NCBI RefSeq assembly: GCF_000012805.1
Contig: NC_007484.1
Coordinates: forward strand, 1,530,001 to 1,562,000
DNA: 32,000 nucleotides
Direction of reading: 5' to 3'
DNA from: Nitrosococcus oceani ATCC 19707
Lineage (GTDB): Bacteria > Pseudomonadota > Gammaproteobacteria > Nitrosococcales > Nitrosococcaceae
The position numbers and the translations under genes are program-made. The notes beneath the pieces were generated by a model. It was not told the DNA's origin. It ran no database searches and saw only the letters and a program-made list of their open reading frames with translations. Below are positions 28,213 to 32,000 of the stretch, in pieces (the stretch's first letter is position 1; the number at the start of each line of letters is the position of its first letter).

Positions 28213-31200
28213 ATGGAGCCGGTTAGGGAGAATAGTTGGCATGCCCATACTGCAGAGGCCGTATTGCAGCGGATGGGCGTTGAACGGCTGGGGTTGACCC
28301 AGCAGGAGGCGGAGCAACGTCTAAAGGAGTATGGGCCTAACCGACTCACACCGCCTAGGCGAAGAGGGGCCGTGGAACGGTTTTTAACCCAATTTCATAA
28401 TGTGCTTATTTATGTGTTGCTCGCCGCCGCAGTGGTGACTGCCTTACTGGCTCACTGGGTGGACACCGGGGTTATTTTGGCGGTCGTGGTGCTCAATGCC
28501 TTGGTTGGCTTTATTCAAGAAGGCAAGGCGGAACGAGCCTTGGAAGCTATCCGTCATCTCCTCTCACCCCAAGCGAACGTGCTGCGCGATGGCCAGCATA
28601 GAGTGATCCCCGCCGAATGCTTGGTTCCTGGTGATGTGGTAATCCTCCAGTCTGGTGATAAGGTGCCCGCGGATCTTCGCCTTATTCGGGTCAAGAATTT
28701 ACAAATTGAGGAAGCCCCCCTAACGGGGGAATCCATGCCTGCGGAGAAGGCGCTTGAACCCGTTACTGAAAATGCATCCGTAGGGGACCGAACCTGCATG
28801 GCCTATTCCGGAACCTTGGTTACCTACGGTACAGGGGAAGGGGTGGTGATAGCCACGGGGGATCGCACCGAGATTGGGCGCATCAGCGCCATGCTAGGGC
28901 AGGTGCAAACTCTGATAACGCCTTTGCTGCGGCAGATAGCTGTGTTTGGTCGCTGGCTGACCGCCGCCATCTTGGGGCTGGCAGCGATTGTGTTTGCCTT
29001 TGGGGTAGGGGTCCAAGGCTATTCTCCCCAGGACATGTTTCTCGCGGCCGTGGGTCTTGCCGTGGCGGCCATTCCAGAGGGACTGCCTGCCATTATGACC
29101 ATTACCTTGGCGATTGGAGTCCAACGCATGGCGCGCCGCAATGCCATTATTCGTCACCTTCCGGCAGTGGAAACGCTGGGCTCCGTTAATGTGATTTGTT
29201 CTGATAAAACTGGCACCTTGACCCGGAACGAGATGACGGTGCGCACGGTAGCCACCGCCGATACCTTATTCGAGGTCAGCGGAGTGGGATATCACCCCCA
29301 TGGGGGATTTAGCCGGCAAGGCCAACTGATCTCAGTGGATGACTATCCTGAGTTGGGAAATCTCTGCCGTGCGGGTCTGCTGTGTAATGATGCAAATCTT
29401 CACAAGTGGGAAGAGCAGTGGATTTGCCAAGGAGATCCCACTGAAGCCGCTTTGGTGAGCTTGGCCATGAAGGCGAATTTGATTCCGGAATTGGAACGGG
29501 AAGAATGGCGACGAGTCGATGTTATTCCCTTTGAGTCGGCACTTCGTTTCATGGCAACTTTGCACCAGGATCAGGCGGGGCACGGCTTTATTTATCTTAA
29601 AGGGGCGCCTGAACAGGTTTTGGAAATGTGCTATTGCCAGCGCAGCCAAGGTGAGGATCGACCCTTGGATATAGCTTATTGGCATGGACGTATTCTGGAG
29701 ATGGCAGGCAGGGGTGAGCGGGTATTGGCTGTCGCTTTCCGAATTAGCGATATTAGCCGCTGCGATCTGCGTTTTGTGGATGTGCGGGGAGAGTTAACCC
29801 TGCTAGGGTTATTTGGAATTATCGATCCCCCCCGGGTGGAGGCGATTGCTGCGGTCAAGGCATGCCAGGAAGCAGGAATCCAGGTCAAGATGATTACCGG
29901 AGATCATCTTTTGACCGCCCAGACCATTGGTCAGCAATTAGGTCTCAAACAGGGCAGACAAGCATTGGCCGGTGCCGATCTGGAAATCATGGATGATGAG
30001 ACCCTGCGTAAGCTGGTTTTGGATGTGGATATCTTCGCGCGGGCTAGCCCAGAACATAAGCTCCGTTTGGTCAAGGCTTTGCAGGCTCAAGGACGAGTCG
30101 TGGCTATGACGGGTGATGGAGTCAACGATGCACCCGCCTTGAAACGGGCCGATGTGGGTATTGCCATGGGACAGAAGGGCACGGAGGTGGCTAAAGAGGC
30201 CGCCGAAGCCGTGCTTACCGACGATGATTTTGCTTCCATTGCCCAAGCGGTAAAGGAAGGACGTACCGTTTATGACAATCTAAAGAAATCCATACTTTTT
30301 ATTTTGCCCACCAATGGGGGCGAAGCGATGACCTTGTTGGTTGCCATTTTGCTTGGCTATATGCTCCCCATTACCCCGGTGCAGATTCTATGGATTAACA
30401 TGATCACGGCGGTTACCCTGGCCTTGGCGCTGGCTTTTGAGCCTCCAGAAGGGAATGTCATGCGCCGTCCTCCCCGTGATCCGGGGGAACCGGTACTATC
30501 CGGGTTTTTAATTTGGCGTATTGTTTTCGTCTCGGCTATTTTGGTAGCCGGTACTTTTGGGCTCTTTCTTTGGTACCGGGAACAAGGCGCATCTATTGAA
30601 TATGCTCGGACTATTGCCGTGAATACCATGGTAATGTTTGAGATATTCTACCTTTTCAGTACCCGCTATATAACTCGTTCAGCCTTATCCCGAGAGGGTC
30701 TACTGGGTAACCGCTACGTTTTGATAGCTATTACCATCGTGACGGTTTTCCAATTGCTGTTTACCTATAGCGCACCGATGCAGCAGCTTTTTACCACCGT
30801 GGCTTTAGGGCTCAGGGATTGGGGTTGGATTATACTCGTTACTTCTTCTGTATTTGTGTTAGTGGAACTGGAAAAACTATTTTTGAGGCAAAGGGAAGAA
30901 AAAGCCCCGCCCCTAGTGACTAAACCAACTGTGGCGGCACTTGAGCGGTTTAAGCCCCGGGGAGTCTGGCTAGCAGCGCTTGTTCTTCTGCTGCTTGGCG
31001 TCGGGGTAGGCCGTTGGGTATGGGTTCAGTTCGATAGGGAGGGAGAAGAAGTCCTGGTCGTGACAGAAGCAGAAAAACAGGCGCCTCAACCTGCCGAGCC
31101 TCTGTTAGACACTCAGACTCCGAAGGTAAAAACGCCTCCTGGCAGGGAGCCGGCGTCTGCCTCTCAGCAGCCTGAAGTGGCGGCGATACCGTTGCTGGAG

Positions 31201-31461
31201 GAAAGCAAGGAAGAACCGGAAAGGCCCAAAATGGCCTCTAAGCCTCCCACCCAGGAAGAATTGGAACAGGCCAAAGTGCCCCCGGCGGCAAAAACAGCGA
31301 TTGTCCAGCCAGGCGATAGCTTATCCCTGATCGCTGCACGAACCTACGGCGATCCCCAGCAATGGCTGCTTATCTATAAAGCCAATCGGGGCAAGATCAA
31401 GGACCCTAACATCATCGTTCCAGGCATGGAGTTGATTCTCCCCCCAGTGCCTAAAAATTAG
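28213..31461 (+). CDS. P-type (type II, HAD subfamily IC) cation-transporting ATPase with a C-terminal extra TM segment, Pro/Glu-rich linker and LysM domain
   Basis: Motifs LTGESMP (TGES), AIPEGLPA, CSDKTGTLT (phospho-Asp), KGAPE, MITGD and TGDGVNDAPALK, with 10 core TM segments. The tail continues with no stop. Ion specificity cannot be read from the sequence. Confidence 0.95.
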   Translation: MEPVRENSWHAHTAEAVLQRMGVERLGLTQQEAEQRLKEYGPNRLTPPRRRGAVERFLTQFHNVLIYVLLAAAVVTALLAHWVDTGVILAVVVLNALVGFIQEGKAERALEAIRHLLSPQANVLRDGQHRVIPAECLVPGDVVILQSGDKVPADLRLIRVKNLQIEEAPLTGESMPAEKALEPVTENASVGDRTCMAYSGTLVTYGTGEGVVIATGDRTEIGRISAMLGQVQTLITPLLRQIAVFGRWLTAAILGLAAIVFAFGVGVQGYSPQDMFLAAVGLAVAAIPEGLPAIMTITLAIGVQRMARRNAIIRHLPAVETLGSVNVICSDKTGTLTRNEMTVRTVATADTLFEVSGVGYHPHGGFSRQGQLISVDDYPELGNLCRAGLLCNDANLHKWEEQWICQGDPTEAALVSLAMKANLIPELEREEWRRVDVIPFESALRFMATLHQDQAGHGFIYLKGAPEQVLEMCYCQRSQGEDRPLDIAYWHGRILEMAGRGERVLAVAFRISDISRCDLRFVDVRGELTLLGLFGIIDPPRVEAIAAVKACQEAGIQVKMITGDHLLTAQTIGQQLGLKQGRQALAGADLEIMDDETLRKLVLDVDIFARASPEHKLRLVKALQAQGRVVAMTGDGVNDAPALKRADVGIAMGQKGTEVAKEAAEAVLTDDDFASIAQAVKEGRTVYDNLKKSILFILPTNGGEAMTLLVAILLGYMLPITPVQILWINMITAVTLALALAFEPPEGNVMRRPPRDPGEPVLSGFLIWRIVFVSAILVAGTFGLFLWYREQGASIEYARTIAVNTMVMFEIFYLFSTRYITRSALSREGLLGNRYVLIAITIVTVFQLLFTYSAPMQQLFTTVALGLRDWGWIILVTSSVFVLVELEKLFLRQREEKAPPLVTKPTVAALERFKPRGVWLAALVLLLLGVGVGRWVWVQFDREGEEVLVVTEAEKQAPQPAEPLLDTQTPKVKTPPGREPASASQQPEVAAIPLLEESKEEPERPKMASKPPTQEELEQAKVPPAAKTAIVQPGDSLSLIAARTYGDPQQWLLIYKANRGKIKDPNIIVPGMELILPPVPKN
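31300..31446 (+). other. LysM peptidoglycan-binding domain encoded at the 3' end of the ATPase ORF
   Basis: IVQPGDSLSLIAARTYGDPQQWLLIYKANRGKIKDPNIIVPGMELILP fits the LysM pattern (xVxxGDTLxxIAxxYG...I...N...I.PGQxLxIP). It is in frame with the ATPase (codon 1030 onward). Confidence 0.75.
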
Positions 31462-32000
31462 AATTTTTCAAAATTTTATCCGTCCGAGAAATTCGCTTTT
31501 CTCAGCGGTTCTCGTCCTCGGCGCGTCGCTTCACTTCGCGACTTCGCTAGGAGGCTTTCAGCATCCTTGGAGAACTTCAATGAGGTTGGCATAGTCTATA
31601 AAAAAGCAAGCAAGTGGTGTTGTTACCATGACCGATTTGTTACAGGTTATTTGTAGGTATTGGGGAGATGCCATATTAGGACATCTGGCCACGCAGGTGG
31701 GGCCAAACACTTAAATTAACTAGTTACTCAAGGGTAATTTTACCAAATAGCGCGTAAAGCATTGCCCAATGCGGGCGGTGATATAAGCGCCTTGCAGAAC
31801 CATGGGCATCATTGTTAAATCCATCTTACACCGCCGGACGGGCGGGGTTAGCCTGTGGAGCGACCGGAACGGGGGCAGCGGCCAGCGCCGCTGTCTAGGG
31901 AAGGCACGTTGAAGCAGGAAAGTTCCTGGGGCGACCCAAGAACCTCTGCCCCATCGGGCGGAGAGTGTCAGTAGGCTTAAATTTAATAGAAGCAGTTTGA

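Noticed and set aside
28128-28349. 73-aa minus-strand ORF spanning the divergent promoter and the ATPase 5' end
   Set aside because: It overlaps the ATPase start in antisense and has no RBS and no family resemblance.

Overview
This is a chromosomal window of roughly 50% G+C from a proteobacterium. The proteins look gammaproteobacterial, possibly Nitrosococcus-like, but that assignment is a guess. Most of it is ordinary housekeeping and stress genes. On the left are an EEP-family nuclease tail, an AI-2E transporter, cbpA-cbpM, a DUF885 protein, a tightly coupled hsp20-lon pair, a YafJ-type amidotransferase, folE, a PhyH-family dioxygenase and a patatin-like lipase. Then come the formaldehyde-detoxification pair adhC-fghA, gpmA and an HtrA-family protease. 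The accessory part runs from about 17.9 to 25.1 kb. It is an insertion of about 6.8 kb bracketed by diverged 143-bp direct repeats. It contains remnants of IS5-, IS256-, IS630-, IS3- and IS200-family elements and one visibly AT-rich orphan hybrid histidine kinase. A separate IS6 (IS26-type) remnant sits just after cbpM. The right end carries an AT-rich cluster of uncharacterised envelope proteins: a PEP-CTERM protein, a 190-aa secreted protein and a DUF3422-like protein. This cluster is divergent from a P-type cation ATPase that has an unusual extra transmembrane segment plus a C-terminal LysM tail. I found no rRNA, tRNA or CRISPR array, and I did not recognise a complete known defence system. 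Four things most deserve a second look. (1) Three perfect DnaA boxes, two of them inside a perfect 33-bp palindrome, lie in the adhC/gpmA intergenic gap. (2) The ATPase-LysM fusion has a candidate operator in its divergent promoter. (3) The histidine-kinase islet is flanked by repeats and by IS3-family elements. (4) An ORF-free, hairpin-rich region is cut by the right window edge.
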